This document shows, piece after piece, positions 12,590 to 25,439 of a stretch of DNA of 64,000 nucleotides. Every line of letters begins with the position of its first letter. Position 1 is the stretch's first letter. Under the pieces are notes generated by a model that was not told where the DNA came from, did not search any database, and was given only the letters and a program-made list of their open reading frames with translations. The stretch comes from Chiloscyllium plagiosum (Eukaryota): positions 19,335,717-19,399,716 of the forward strand of contig NC_057720.1 in the NCBI RefSeq assembly GCF_004010195.1. Direction: 5' to 3'. Made by a program: the position numbers and the translations under genes.

Positions 12590-12970
12590 GCTCCATCCAA
12601 GGCCCTAAAGGAGCCTTCCACATCCATCAAAGTTTTACCTGCACATCCACTAATATCATTTATTGTATCCGTTGCTCCTGATGCGGTCTCCTTTACATTG
12701 GGAAGACTGGGCGCCTCCTAGCAGAGCGCTTTAGGGAACATCTCTGGGACACCCACACCAATCAACCACATCACCCTGTGGCCCAACATTTCAACTCCCC
12801 CTCCCACTCTGCCGAGGGCACGGAGGTCCTGGGCCTCCTTCACCGCCGCTCCCTCACCACCAGACGCTTGGAGGAAGAACACCTCATCTTCCGCCTCGGA
12901 ACACTTCAACCCCAGGGCATCAATGTGGATTTCAACAGCTTCCTCATTTCCCCTTCCCCCACCTCACCCT
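12590..12970 (+). mobile_element. PLE (Neptune-like) GIY-YIG endonuclease fragment
   Basis: FTCTSTNIIYCIRCS*CGLLYIGKTG..RFREH..VAQHFN..EEHLIFRLGTLQPQGIN. Confidence 0.88.
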
Positions 12971-12976
12971 NNNNNN

Positions 12977-13340
12977 ATTCATTTTTTCCATCCAGATTAT
13001 TTTTAAATGTTGTAATTATGCCAGCCTCCTCCACTTTCTCTGGCAGCTTATTCCATATATGCATCACCTTCTGTGTGAAAAAGCTGCCCCTCAATCCCTT
13101 TTAAATCTTTCCCATCTGTCCTTAAACCGCTATCTTCTAGTTTTGGACTCTCCACCCTCATACCCTGTCTATTTAACCTATCTGTGTTCCTCATGACTTT
13201 TATAAACCTCTAAAAAGTCATCCCCAGCCTCAGGCGCTCAAGGGAAAACAGGTCCAGCCTATTCAGACTCTCCCCATAGCTCAAACCCTCCAACCCTGGC
13301 AAAATCCTTCTAAATCTCTTCTGAACACTTTCAAGTTTGA
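12977..13340 (-). mobile_element. HER1-like CR1 LINE fragment
   Basis: RGSFFTQKVMHIWNKLPEKVEEA on the minus strand. Confidence 0.85.
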
Positions 13341-13384
13341 AAGAATAAGAACGAAGTCCCACTGGACACAAATAGGCTATTTGG

Positions 13385-16249
13385 TCAATCCAGATTCAAA
13401 AACACCAGCAACAGTTCTCCTTCAACAGTTCTCCTCCGCTCCACGCTTGCAGCAATGCGCCGGTACCTAACCTCTCTACAGTCAGCCCTGCCTCAGCTGA
13501 GGGCCACACTCTCTCAGAATTGCAAAGGACCCACTCTGTACTACATCCTCAGGAGAATTCATACTCTCAACAAACAGTATTTCAACTCCATCTCAAACAT
13601 CAAAAACTGTAAGTACAACAAACTTTTATCTACCTCGTGCTCCTCAAACATTCCAGAAGATTCCGCCGGCCTCTGGAACTGCTCGGACGCCATTAGCCAT
13701 GTGGCTGGTGCAGCTGCCACTCCCACGCTGATTGATGATGTCACTTCTGCCCCCATCAAGGCCACTCCCACAACCACTTCCACCCCTCACAATTCCTCAT
13801 GCATCACACGTGTCGTCACCTCTGCCCCTCACATCATCGCTGATGTCACATGCTCAGTGACTTCCGCCACCCCAACTGCCGTGTCTGCCACCACTTCTGC
13901 CCCCACCAATACTACTCACCTGCATTCTGCTGACACACCCTCCACAGATCCCACTGTCACCCTTCCCGGCCCCCAGAACCCTGAGGGGAACACCACCCCT
14001 GCTCATGACTCCACCCCCATTCCCCTCACCATCACACCCACTCCAGTTACTGGCTCTGTCCCCACTCCCAGCCCCATACCCACACCAGGTCCCAGCTCCC
14101 AGCCCTGCCGAGTTTTCACCATCCCTCCAGACCTTCCCCTCACTGAGGACGAACGATCAGTCCTCAGCAAAGGACTCACCTTCATCCCCCTCTGTCCACG
14201 AATCAATGAATTTAATACACGCCTTGACGTCGAACGCTTCTTCCTCCGCCTCCGAGCATATCAGGACTCCCGCCCACCTTCCGAGGACCCCTTCGCCCAC
14301 CTCCAACACATTGCATCCACCTGGACACCCCGTGCTGGCCTATTATCTGCCCTCGACCTCTTCATTTCCAACTGCCGTCGGGACATTAACCGCCTCAACC
14401 TGTCTACCCCCCTCCCCCACTCCAACCTCTCACCCTCACAACGCGCAGCCCTCCAATCCCTCTGCTCCAATCCCAACCTCACCATCAAGCTAGCAGATAA
14501 AGGGGGCTCAGTGATAGTCTGGCGCACTGACCTCTACACCGCTGAAGCCAAACGCCAACTCGAGGACACCTCTTCCTACTGCCCCCTCGACCATTACCCT
14601 ACCCCCATCACCAAACCATCATCTCCCAGACCATACAGAACCTCATCACCTCAGGAGATCTCCCACCCACAGCTTCCAACCTCATAGTCCGGGAACCCCA
14701 CCCTGGCAGACCCATTGTCTCAGCATGCTCTTGCCCCTCTGAACTCATCTCTACCTACCTCGACACTGTCCTATCCCCCCTAGTCCAGGAACTCCCCACA
14801 TACATTCGAGACACCACCCACCACCCACACCCACCCACTCTCATTCGTTTGGCCGAACTGGTCCTCACTTTAACAATTTCTACTATGAATCCTCCCACTT
14901 CCTCCAGACCAAAGGGGTAGCCATGGGCACACGTATGGGCCCCAGCCAAGTCTGTCTCTTTGTTGGCTACATAGAACAGTCCATCTTCCGTAATTACACC
15001 GGCACCACACCCCACCTCTTCCTCCGCTACATTGATGACTGCATTGGCACCACCTCGTGCTCCCGCGAGGAGGTTGAGCAATTCATCAACTTCACCAACA
15101 CATTCCACCCTGACCTTAAATTTACCTGGACCATCTCTGACACCTCCCTCCCCCTCCTGGACCTCTCCATCTCCATCAGTGACGACCGACTTGACACTGA
15201 CATTTTCTACAAACCCACCGACTCCCACAGCTACCTGGATTACACCTCTTCCCACCCTACCTCTTGCAAAAATGCCATCCCATATTCCCAATTCCTCNNN
15301 NNNNNNNNNNNNNNNNNNNNNNNNNNNNNNNNNNNNNNNNNNNNNNNNNNNNNNNNNNNNNNNNNNNNNNNNNNNNNNNNNNNNNNNNNNNNNNNNNNNN
15401 NNNNNNNNNNNNNNNNNNNNNNNNNNNNNNNNNNNNNNNNNNNNNNNNNNNNNNNNNNNNNNNNNNNNNNNNNNNNNNNNNNNNNNNNNNNNNNNNNNNN
15501 NNNNNNNNNNNNNNNNNNNNNNNNNNNNNNNNNNNNNNNNNNNNNNNNNNNNNNNNNNNNNNNNNNNNNNNNNNNNNNNNNNNNNNNNNNNNNNNNNNNN
15601 NNNNNNNNNNNNNNNNNNNNNNNNNNNNNNNNNNNNNNNNNNNNNNNNNNNNNNNNNNNNNNNNNNNNNNNNNNNNNNNNNNNNNNNNNNNNNNNNNNNN
15701 NNNNNNNNNNNNNNNNNNNNNNNNNNNNNNNNNNNNNNNNNNNNNNNNNNNNNNNNNNNNNNNNNNNNNNNNNNNNNNNNNNNNNNNNNNNNNNNNNNNN
15801 NNNNNNNNNNNNNNNNNNNNNNNNNNNNNNNNNNNNNNNNNNNNNNNNNNNNNNNNNNNNNNNNNNNNNNNNNNNNNNNNNNNNNNNNNNNNNNNNNNNN
15901 NNNNNNNNNNNNNNNNNNNNNNNNNNNNNNNNNNNNNNNNNNNNNNNNNNNNNNNNNNNNNNNNNNNNNNNNNNNTCTTTTCCACCTATCCACTCCACCC
16001 TCCTCCCTGACCTATCACCTTCAACCCCTCCCCCACTCACCTATTGTACTCTATGCTACTTTCTCCCCACCCCCACCCTCCTCTAGCTGATCTCTTCACT
16101 CTTCAGGCTCTCTGCCTTTATTCCTGACGAAGGGCTTTTGCCTGAAACGGTGATTTTACTGCTCCTCGGATGCTGCCTGAACTGCTGTGCCCTTCCAGCA
16201 CCACTAATCCAGAATCTGGTTTGCAGCATCTGCAGTCATTGTTTTTACC
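13385..16249 (+). mobile_element. Long PLE (Neptune-like), frameshifted RT, gap 15298-15975, complete 3' terminus
   Basis: VLSKGLTFIP, IKLADKGGS, GVAMGTRMGPS, FLRYIDDCIG, DIFYKPTD and KNAIPYSQFL are PLE RT motifs. The 3' end carries a CTGACGA..GAAA motif at ~16120 and the tail cagcatctgcagtcattgtttttacc. Confidence 0.92.
15298..15975. other. Assembly gap (others: 12971-12976, 17854-17957, 29734-30156, 57886-58006)
   Basis: Runs of N, all inside or beside repeats. Confidence 0.98.
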
Positions 16250-16865
16250 GATGTTAGCCATAATGCTAGTCAATTAAAAAGATGATGTCACATATTTGAA
16301 TGAACTGCTCCTCTGGTTCTCTGCTCTCGATGACTTTATTGGCATCATAAGGAGTGGACAGGGAGATGATGTGGATTAATCCCAGAGTCTGTATTTCACA
16401 CAATGTCCACAACACAGGCAATGCTACTATGTATTATCTCGGAATCAGATTTAGACACACATGCTCATCTCCCACACATTCTGAACAAAAACACATTAAC
16501 TAACCAAGTATCAATAATTATCTAAGTATGCAGAAGTAGCTCACCTCCCAGTGATTGCTTTGGATTCCAGCCAATTGGCAAAGCACAAATGCTGCTTTCC
16601 CAAGATAACATGCCTTTTCCTCTGGCTAATAATGTGGGAACTGTATTTTTAACTATCAGGATTAGGTCATACCATTATTCCGTGTGATGCGATTCAAATT
16701 GTTTCATGAAGCTTAAAGTCAACTGCAGAGTGCATTAAAGGCCATGGACATAGTACAGAGAGCAGTCACAAGGGGCTAAAACACAACACTGAGGAAACGT
16801 TCACGATAGAAGGGCTTACTATGGTGAAAGGGTGGAAACAGACATTACAGATCCTTCGGATTAAA

Positions 16866-18747
16866 CTTTTTTAAAATTCATTCACGGAATGAGGGCGTCA
16901 CTGACCAGGCAGTAATTATTGCCCACTCCTAATTGCCCAGAGGGCAGTTAATAGTCAACCACATTGCCATGGGTTTGGAGTCACATGTGGGCCAGATGGC
17001 AGTTTCCTTCCCTAAAGGACATTAATGAACTAGATGGGGTTTTCCAACAATCAACAATGGATTCATGGTCATCATTAGATGCTTAATTCCAGATATGTTT
17101 TGAATTCCAATTCGGTGGCCTTTGTGTGGAGCCACAGAAAATGGGGGAGATACTAAATGAGTATTTTGCATCAGTATTTACTGTGGAAAAGGATATGTAA
17201 GATATAGACTGTAGGGAAATAGATGGTGACATCTTGCAAGATGTCCAGATTACAGAGGAGGAAGTGCTGGATGTCTTGAAATGGGGACAGGTGGATAAGT
17301 CCCCAGGACCTGATCAGAGAACTCTGTGGGAAGCTAGAGAAGTGATTGCTGGGCCTCTTGCTGAGATATTTGTATCATTGATAGTCACAGGTGAGGTGCC
17401 GGACGACTGGAGGTTGGCAAATGTGGTGCCACTGTTTAAGAAGGGTGGTAAAGACAAGCCAGGGAACTATAGACCGATGAGCCTGATCTCAGTGGTGGGC
17501 AGGTTGTTGGAGGGAATCCTGAGGGAAAGGATGTACATGTATTTGAAAAGACAAGCTCTGATTCAAGATAGTCAACATGGCTTTGTGCGTGGGAAATCAT
17601 GTCTCACAAACTTGATTGAGCTTTTTGAACAAGAAACAAAGAAGATTGATGAGAGCAGAGCGGTAGATGTGATCTATGTGAACTTCAGTAAGGCGTTAGA
17701 CAAGGTTCCCCATGGGAAATTGATTAGCAAGGTTAGATCTCATCGAATACAGGGAGAACTAGCCATTTAGATACAGAACTGACTCAAAGGTAGAAATCAG
17801 AGGGTGGTGGTGGAGGGTTGTTTTTCAGACTGGAGGCCTGTGACCAGTGGAGTNNNNNNNNNNNNNNNNNNNNNNNNNNNNNNNNNNNNNNNNNNNNNNN
17901 NNNNNNNNNNNNNNNNNNNNNNNNNNNNNNNNNNNNNNNNNNNNNNNNNNNNNNNNNTGCAGGTTCATAGCTCCTTGAAAGTGGAGTCGCAGGTAGATAG
18001 GATAGTGAAGGAGGCGTTTGGCATACTTTCCTTTATTGGTCAGAGTATTGAGTACAGGAGTTGGGAGGTCATGTTGTGGCTGTACAGCACATTGGTTAGG
18101 CTATTGTTGGAAAATTGCGTGCAATTCTGGTCTCCTTCCTATCGGAAAGATGTTGTGAAACTTGAAAGGTTTCAGAAAAGATTTACAAGGATGTTGCCAG
18201 GGTTGGAGGATTTGAGCTACAGGGAGAGGCTGAACAGGCTGGGGCTGTTTTCCCTGGAGCGCCAGAGGCTGAGGGGTGACCTTACAGAGGTATACAAAAT
18301 TATGAGGGGCATGAATAGGAAAAATAGACAAAGTCTTTTCCCTGAGGTCGGGGAGTCCAGAACTAGAGGACATAGGTTTAGGGTGAGAGGGGAAAGATAT
18401 AAAAGAGACCTAAGGGGCAACTTGTTCACACAGAGTGTGGTACATGTATAGAATGAACTGCCAGAGGATGTGGTGAAGGCTGGTACAATTGCAACATTTA
18501 AGAGGCATTTGAATGTGTGTATGAATAGGAAGGGTTTGGAGGGATATGGGCCGGGTGCTGGCAGGTGGGACTAGATTGGGTTGGGATATCTGGTCGGTAT
18601 GGACTGGTTGGACCAAAGGGTCTGTTTCCATGCTGTACATCCCTATGTCTATCTGCCAGGGCAGGATTTGAACCTGGGTCTCCTGAACATTATCTAGGTC
18701 TCTGCTTTAACAGTCAGCGATAATACCAGTAGGCCGTTGCCTCCCCT
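16866..18747 (-). mobile_element. Deu-domain SINE split by a HER1 LINE (pieces 16866-17112 and 18651-18747)
   Basis: Antisense of the 50160-50495 SINE. Its head resumes immediately after the LINE tail. Confidence 0.8.
17113..18650 (+). mobile_element. HER1-like CR1 LINE, 5'-truncated
   Basis: KSPGPD, WRLANVVPLFKKG, GNYRPMSL, QHGFVRGKSCLTNL, FQKRFTRMLPG; gap 17854-17957. Confidence 0.93.
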
Positions 18748-19729
18748 GCTCAGAGTCATATCTCTGGAGCAAGTACCACTTGAACCCAGGCCTTCGAGCC
18801 TCGGGGTAGGGATATTACCACTGTACCTTAAATTCCATCAGCTGCCATAGTGGGATATGAAGCCAGCAAAATCAGGTGTTGTATGAGTCTTGTGTTAATA
18901 AGACATGCATGTTTCAAAACTGATTTTTAGCATATAATTACCAGTTTATAGGAGGTAATTTGTCAAGAGGTTGTAAAACAGACACTTGAAAGTCTACTCC
19001 TCCACCACTGACTAGAACCAGTTTTTGCAGATGTGTATGTGGACTCCACTGAAGGTGTGCAGTGTGCTGACTGACATACACAGTTACAGACTTTAGCACA
19101 AGCTCTGTGACCAAGAGAGAGCATGCACCAGTTCTCACGGTGAAGGAAGGTCAGGCAGAAGGCATCCAGAGGAGGAGGACTGCTCTATATTCACAGAACT
19201 TGGAGGTGGGAATTCACGTCATGCTCCTGCAGCAGCTGATGCTGGTCTGCCGAGCCTCACGTTCTCCTCCCAGTGGGGACTCCTTAGCAAGGAGCTCATG
19301 ACCAAAGTCTCCCTTTCTCCTGCCACCTCCTGTATGGTACTCAATGAAGATCCCTTAGCTTCCTAGGGAATTTCTGGAATAACTGTTGATAGAATATATG
19401 GCAAAATAGGCAAAGTTCATCCTTGACTACATGGGCCCTTTCTGACAAAGTCTTCCAGAATGTCTCTCAATGATCCTCCTCAAATCTAAAGTGCTAGTGG
19501 ACTGTCACCTCCATGGTACTGTCCTGTTGTGTTTAGGGGAATAAGTTGGCATGAGTTGGAATGGGAGCATAGAGTAGTGTGAGGTGTGAGTAAGTGGCAT
19601 GAATTGGCTTGAGGTAATAGAGAGTGTTGGACTGAGCTAGTGTAATGCTGGTGCAAGGGAATGGGAGGTACGTTCCATGAGTTGGCCTGGGTATATAGGG
19701 ACTATGGGGACGGGTAAGGGTAAGTGTTG

Positions 19730-20640
19730 CTCCATGAACATACACAAATTAGGAGAAATCGGCTATCTAGCTCCTCAAGCGAGCTCCACCATTCAATAAG
19801 ATCTGTTTGTATTTCAAATATCATATTCCCATCTCCTTCTGAAAGCATTTTATTATACTGCCTAATGAGAAATAATCCATATCTGTCTTAAACTTAGAGG
19901 AGAAAGTGAGGTCTGCAGATGCTGGAGATCAGAGCTGGAAATGTGTTGCTGGAAAAGCGCAGCAGGTCAGGCAGCATCCAGGGAACAGGAGAATCGACGT
20001 TTCGGGCATAAGCCCTTCTTATTCCTGAAGAAGGACTTATGCCCGAAACGTCGATTCTCCTGTTCCCTGGATGCTGCCTGACCTGCTGCGCTTTTCCAGC
20101 AACACATTTCCAGCTCTGTCTTAAACTTACTCAATGACCCCACTTGCAAAGCCTTCTGAGGCAGAGAGTTCCAAAGTTGCATAACCCTCTATAGACAAAA
20201 TAAAATTCTTCTCATCTTGCTCCTAAATGGCAAATATTCATTTTTGAACAGTGTCCTCTAGGATTGGATGTACCACAAGAGGAAACATCCTTCCCAAATC
20301 CACCGAATCAAGATATTTCAAGATATAATACACTTCAATTAAGTTACCCTGGACTCCAACAGAAACAAGCCAAGTTTGTCTGACTTTTCCTGATCGCACA
20401 AACTCCTCGTTCCTGATATCAATCTAGTAAACCTATACTGACCCTCCTGCAACTCACTTACATTCCTCCTTAAGTAAAGAGAGCAAAATTGCACAAAGTA
20501 TTTGATATGTGGTCTCATCTATGCCCTTTATAACTGAAGCATAACATCATTACTTTGATGCTCAATTCCTCTTGTAATAAAGGATTGCATTCCATTGACT
20601 TGCTTAATGATTTTCTGTAACTGCACTGTAACTATTTTGT
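19730..20640 (-). mobile_element. Old CR1 LINE 3' portion hosting a PLE fold-back
   Basis: LWNSLPQKA..SLSKFKTE on the minus strand; decayed CR1 3'UTR. Confidence 0.65.
19897..20114. mobile_element. PLE fold-back mini-element (family A)
   Basis: ~90-bp inverted arms. TSD tctgtcttaaactta at 19882-19896 and 20115-20129. Plus-strand hammerhead motif ATTC-CTGAAGA-A-GGAC(TTAT)GCCC-GAAA-C-GTC-GATT at 20021-20056. Confidence 0.9.
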
Positions 20641-21095
20641 GACTCATGCCCTAACAGCTTCCACTGACCAGAAACTCAACAGGATTAATCTTATAAAGTC
20701 AGTGACTACAAGAGAAGGTAGGAGTCCTCCAGGGCTAACTCATTTCCTGACTTGCCAAAGCACATCCACCATCTACAATGCACAAGGCAGGAAGTGTGAT
20801 GGAATACTCCCCACTTGCCTGATTAAGCGCAGGTCCACCAACACTCAAAAATATTGATCACATACAGACAAAAATAGTCCCCTTAGCTGGCACGAAATCC
20901 CACTTACATCTACTCCCTCCAGCACCGATACTCAGTAGCACCAATGTGTACCATCTAAAAGATGCACTGCAGAAATTCAGCAAGTCTTTTTCAACAATAC
21001 CTTCCAAACCCAAAACCACTCCCATCTAGAAGGACGACAGTAGCAGATACACGATCTGTAAGGTTTGCTTCAAGCCACTCACCAACCTGATTGTG
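20640..21095 (+). mobile_element. Fragment of a second CR1-clade LINE family (same as 34740)
   Basis: tgaccagaaactcaac..ccaccatctacaatgcacaag..ggaatactccccacttgcct shared with 35100-35530. Confidence 0.7.
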
Positions 21096-21156
21096 AAATA
21101 TAAAATATATATAAATATGAGTCGTACATTTAAGACAAAGATGAAGAGGAATTTCT

Positions 21157-22440
21157 TATAGAACATAGAACATAGAACAATACAACACAGAACAGGCCCT
21201 TCGGCCCACGATGTTGTGCCGAACATTTGTCCTAGCTTAAGCACCCATCCATGTACCTATCCAATTGCCGCTTAAAGGTCACCAAAGATTCTGACTCTAC
21301 CACTCCCACAGGCAGCGCATTCCATGCACCCACCACTCTCTGGGTAAAGAACCCACCCCTGACATCTCCCCTACACCTTCCACCCTTCACCTTAAATTTA
21401 TGTCCCCTTGTAACACTCTGTTGTACCCGGGGAAAAAGTTTCTGACTGTCTACTCTATCTATTCCTCTGATCATCTTATAAACCTCTATCAAGTCACCCC
21501 TCATCCTTCGCCGTTCCAACAAGAAAAGGCCTAGCACTCTCAACCTATCCTCGTACGACCTATTCTCATTCCAGGCAACATCCTGGTAAATCTTCTCTGC
21601 AACCTCTCCAAAGCTCCCACATCTTTCCTAAAATGAGGCGAACAGAACTGCACACAGTACTCCAAATGCGGCCTAACCAAAGTCCTGTACAGTTGCAACA
21701 TCACTTCACGACTCTTGAATTCAATCCCTCTGCTAATGAACGATAATACTCCATAGGCCTTCTTACAAACTCTATCCACCTGAGTGGCAACCTTCAAAGA
21801 ACTATGTACATAGACCCCAAGATCCCTCTGTTCCTCAACCTCACTAAGAACCCTACCATTAACCCTGTATTCCGCATTCTTATTTGTTCTTCCAAAATGG
21901 ACAACCTCACACTTGACAGGGTTGAACTCCATCTGCCACTCCTCAGCCCAGCTCTGCATCATATCTAAGTCCCTCTGCAGCCGACAACAGCCCTCCTCAC
22001 TGTCCACAACTCCACCTATCTTCGTATCATCTGCAAAATTACTGACACACCCTTCGACTCCCTCATCTAAGTCATTAATAAAAATTACAAACAGCAGAGG
22101 ACCCAGAACTGATCCCTGCGGAACTCCACTTGTAACTGGGCTCCAGGCTGAATATTTACCATCTACCACCACTCTCTGCCAAGCAGTGTCTTTCCAGATA
22201 TTCATAAATCCTATCCCTCAGTACCCTTTCCATTACTTTGCCTCCCACCGAAGTAAGACTAACTGGCCTGTAATTCCCGGGGTTATCCCTATTCCCTTTT
22301 TTGAACAGGGGCACAACATTCGCCACTCTCCAGTCCCCTGGTACCACCCCCGTTGACAGTGAAGACAAAAAGATCATTGCCAACGGTACTGCAATTTCCT
22401 CTCTTGCTTTCCACATAATCCTAGGATGTATCCCGTCAGG
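21157..22440 (-). mobile_element. Relatively young CR1 LINE with internal deletion
   Basis: SGVPQGSVLGPLLF, FADDTK, HLEYCVQF and a (catagaa)n tail. Jumps from YLERH to WQRVVVDG near 22180. Inserted in an older CR1 that continues at 22448-22690. Confidence 0.93.
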
Positions 22441-22869
22441 CCAGTCAACTCTTCTCGCAGAGAGTTGTGAATCTGTGGAAGTCTTTACCACAGAGGGCTG
22501 ACTAGGGTGTTAAATATATTTAAAGCTGAGAGAGACAGATTTTTAACGAGGAAGGGAATCGAGGGTTATGGCAGGGGGTAAGGCAGGCAAGTAGATGTGA
22601 AGGTTATCAGATTAGCCATGATCTCACTGAATGGCCCAGCAATCTTGCTGGGCGGTTTGGCCTAATTCTGCTCCTACATTCTATGATCTTATATCATTGT
22701 TCCTTACATGTCATAGGGTCAAAAACCCTGGAATGTCCATCTTAACGTCCCTTCAACAAATGTCCCTTCAAGAAAAGCAACTCACAGCCACCTTCTGAAA
22801 GGCAACTAGAAATGAGCAATAAACGTTGGCCCAACCAACAAAGCAACATTCCCTGAATGATAATTATAC

Positions 22870-23390
22870 AAAAACGTGGATCCCCCTGCACCTCAGAATC
22901 TTTCAGTCATTCTCCATTTGAGTAATACTCTGCTTTTTCATTGCTCCTGCCAAACCGAACAACTTCATTTCTCTCCATGTGGCAGATTTTTGCCGATTTA
23001 CTCAATGTAACAATATCTCCCTGCAATGTCTTTATGTCCTCATCACAATACAGGTCTGAATGAAGCTTTGTGTCATTCTGCAAATCAAGCCACCATGTCT
23101 TCTCTCTCTCACCAAGTCATTGATAGAAATCCTAAAAAGCGGAGGCATTAATGCAGGACTCCACTCATCAAATCCTGCCAATCAGAAAAATGATCTATTT
23201 AGGCATGCTGTCTGATTTTGGCCAGTCAGCCTACTATCCATTTTAATATATGACATCCTGTACCATTTGGGTAATAACTTTTTACATGGCATTTTTTAAA
23301 AACCTTCTGAAAATCTAAGTACAATACATCTATAAGTTCCCTTTTACCCACAGAACACATAACAATCATGGATTAATCATGATTTCCCTT
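22870..23390 (-). mobile_element. Highly degenerate CR1 RT fragment
   Basis: Antisense remnants of YLDFQK and FAD(D)TK. Confidence 0.5.
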
Positions 23391-23884
23391 TCACATCTGA
23401 ATTGCCAAAGCGTACAAGGCTCTGGGCCAAGCGCTGGCAAGTGGGATTAGAATAGACAGATGCTCGATGGCTGGCGCGGATTTGATGGGCCAAATGGCCT
23501 TTTTTCAGATTGTGGCAGAGAGGGAAAAAGGGACCATTGGTGAACCATCTTGAATGAACTAAAGATCGACAGGAATAAGTGTAACAGGAGTGCTTTTTGG
23601 GGAGCAAAGACTTTCAGCTCCAGGTTAGATGTTATCCAATTGCAGATCTGATATTAGGTATGTAGATCATATGCCCCAAAGACTTGTGGACCATGTCCCT
23701 CTGGATGCCTGTAATAGCAAGGTACTGACCACATCTAAACAACTCATGCTTGCAATACAATGCCCAACCTTAGATGTGATTCCACAAAAGGGACCAGAAT
23801 ATTTTTATGCTGCAAGTGATAATCACTTGAAACTCATGTGTACGCGAAGAGATGTACCAGGACGTTGCTTAGAATGGAGGGTTT

Positions 23885-24305
23885 AAGTTAGAGGCCAAGG
23901 GTGGATAGGCTGGGACTTTTTTCACTGGAGCATAGGAGATTAAGGGTTGATCTGATTGAGGTTTAGAAAATCATTAGGGGTATACATAAGGTGAATAGCA
24001 GGTATCTTATCCCTAGGGGTGGGGATTTCAAGAGTAGGAGGCATATTAAGGTGAAAGGAGAAAGATTTTAAAAAGACAAGAGGGGTAATCTTTTACACTG
24101 AGAGTGCTTTGTGTGTGGAATGAACTTCTACAAGAAATGGTGGATGTGCGTATAGTTAAGAGACATTTGGATATGTTTATGAATAAGCAATGTTTGGAGG
24201 GATATGGGCCAAGTGCAGGTAAAGGGGACTCGTTGAGTTTGGGATACTGGTCAGCTTGGACTGGTTGGATTGAAGGCTCTGTTTCTGTTGACTCTATGAC
24301 TCCAC
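23885..24305 (+). mobile_element. CR1 LINE 3' fragment
   Basis: VWNELLQEMVD..KRHLD..EGYGP; ctatgactc tail. Confidence 0.8.
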
Positions 24306-25439
24306 TAATCATAGGAAACCACCCAGTTTCAAGACATATTCTCCACTTACTCACAGTCACCAAGTCAACATGACATTATGAAGGGCCTGTTTCCACACTG
24401 TAACTAAGCTAAATAAATCTAAGTATGAACCAATCACATGGGGTAATGTCTCTTATACACTGTGAATGGTGGCGTTATTTCATCATTGATGGGAACAGAT
24501 AAGAATGTATTGATTATCAATCAAAAGGAAAGCAGGAATGGCAGGAAAGAGGATAGCACGTGTTTCGTGGTGGCTAGATAGAAGTGTGCAGCATTATACC
24601 CCAGTCTTTAGTCTGTAAAAACTACCTATATTTATAGAGCACCTTAAATGTAATGAAACAGCCCAAGGTGCCTAATTCCAAAAACCTGAGCCATACTTCC
24701 ACTCCATGAAAAAATAACTTATTACCTTAAACCCAGACCCAAACTAAGTTTATATGATAGTTTATGGATGTTTTATTTCTGTGCAACTATAGTATACCGA
24801 AAGATGAGCGTTGATTAATATTATGATGAGGAGAAAGATAAATTATTGCTGGGTCTTTGAGATCAGTGGTAGTTGGCTGACATCAGTAACATTACACTGC
24901 ATTTCTGGGAAAGTATCAGTAAAACCACTATCAACCCAGCCTTATAGAGCATTTGAACATGACAAGAAATACTCATGTGGGGTTGGGACCATGAGACTTG
25001 GTGTAAGCATTCCCCACAAGAGAATTCTTTGTGGTAAAATAAGAGAAATACATCAAAGAGGGATAAAATTTAAGTCATTTAAGGGATTGTAGATAAGATT
25101 ATACCAGCAAGTCATTTGTATATTGCTTACTCAGAGGATGAATGTTGTGTCATTGGGCTTATTGTAAATTGGTTTTGTGGCCAATGATGAAGCAGTTATA
25201 TTCATGCAACATTTACAAACTCAAAGATTAGATTATTCATCCTTCCTGTTTGACTATCATCTTAATGATTCTAAAGTGTTCCCTCCTTATCACAAGGCTT
25301 TAGAAGATCAGGTATCAATGACCTCAGTGTTAACACTATTCCAAAATGAGAAACCAGCTCATAAATTGTCCTATGCCATTAATTTGCGACTTCTAATGAC
25401 ACACCTCCTTTCTGCTAGCCCAATTCACTTATCACCCTT

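Noticed and set aside
13455..14687. 410-aa ORF as a mucin-like host gene
   Set aside because: Continues into PLE RT motifs, so it is the retroelement ORF
14755..16090. Long ORFs here and at 29371-30363 and 57706-58261
   Set aside because: Length is an artefact of N runs
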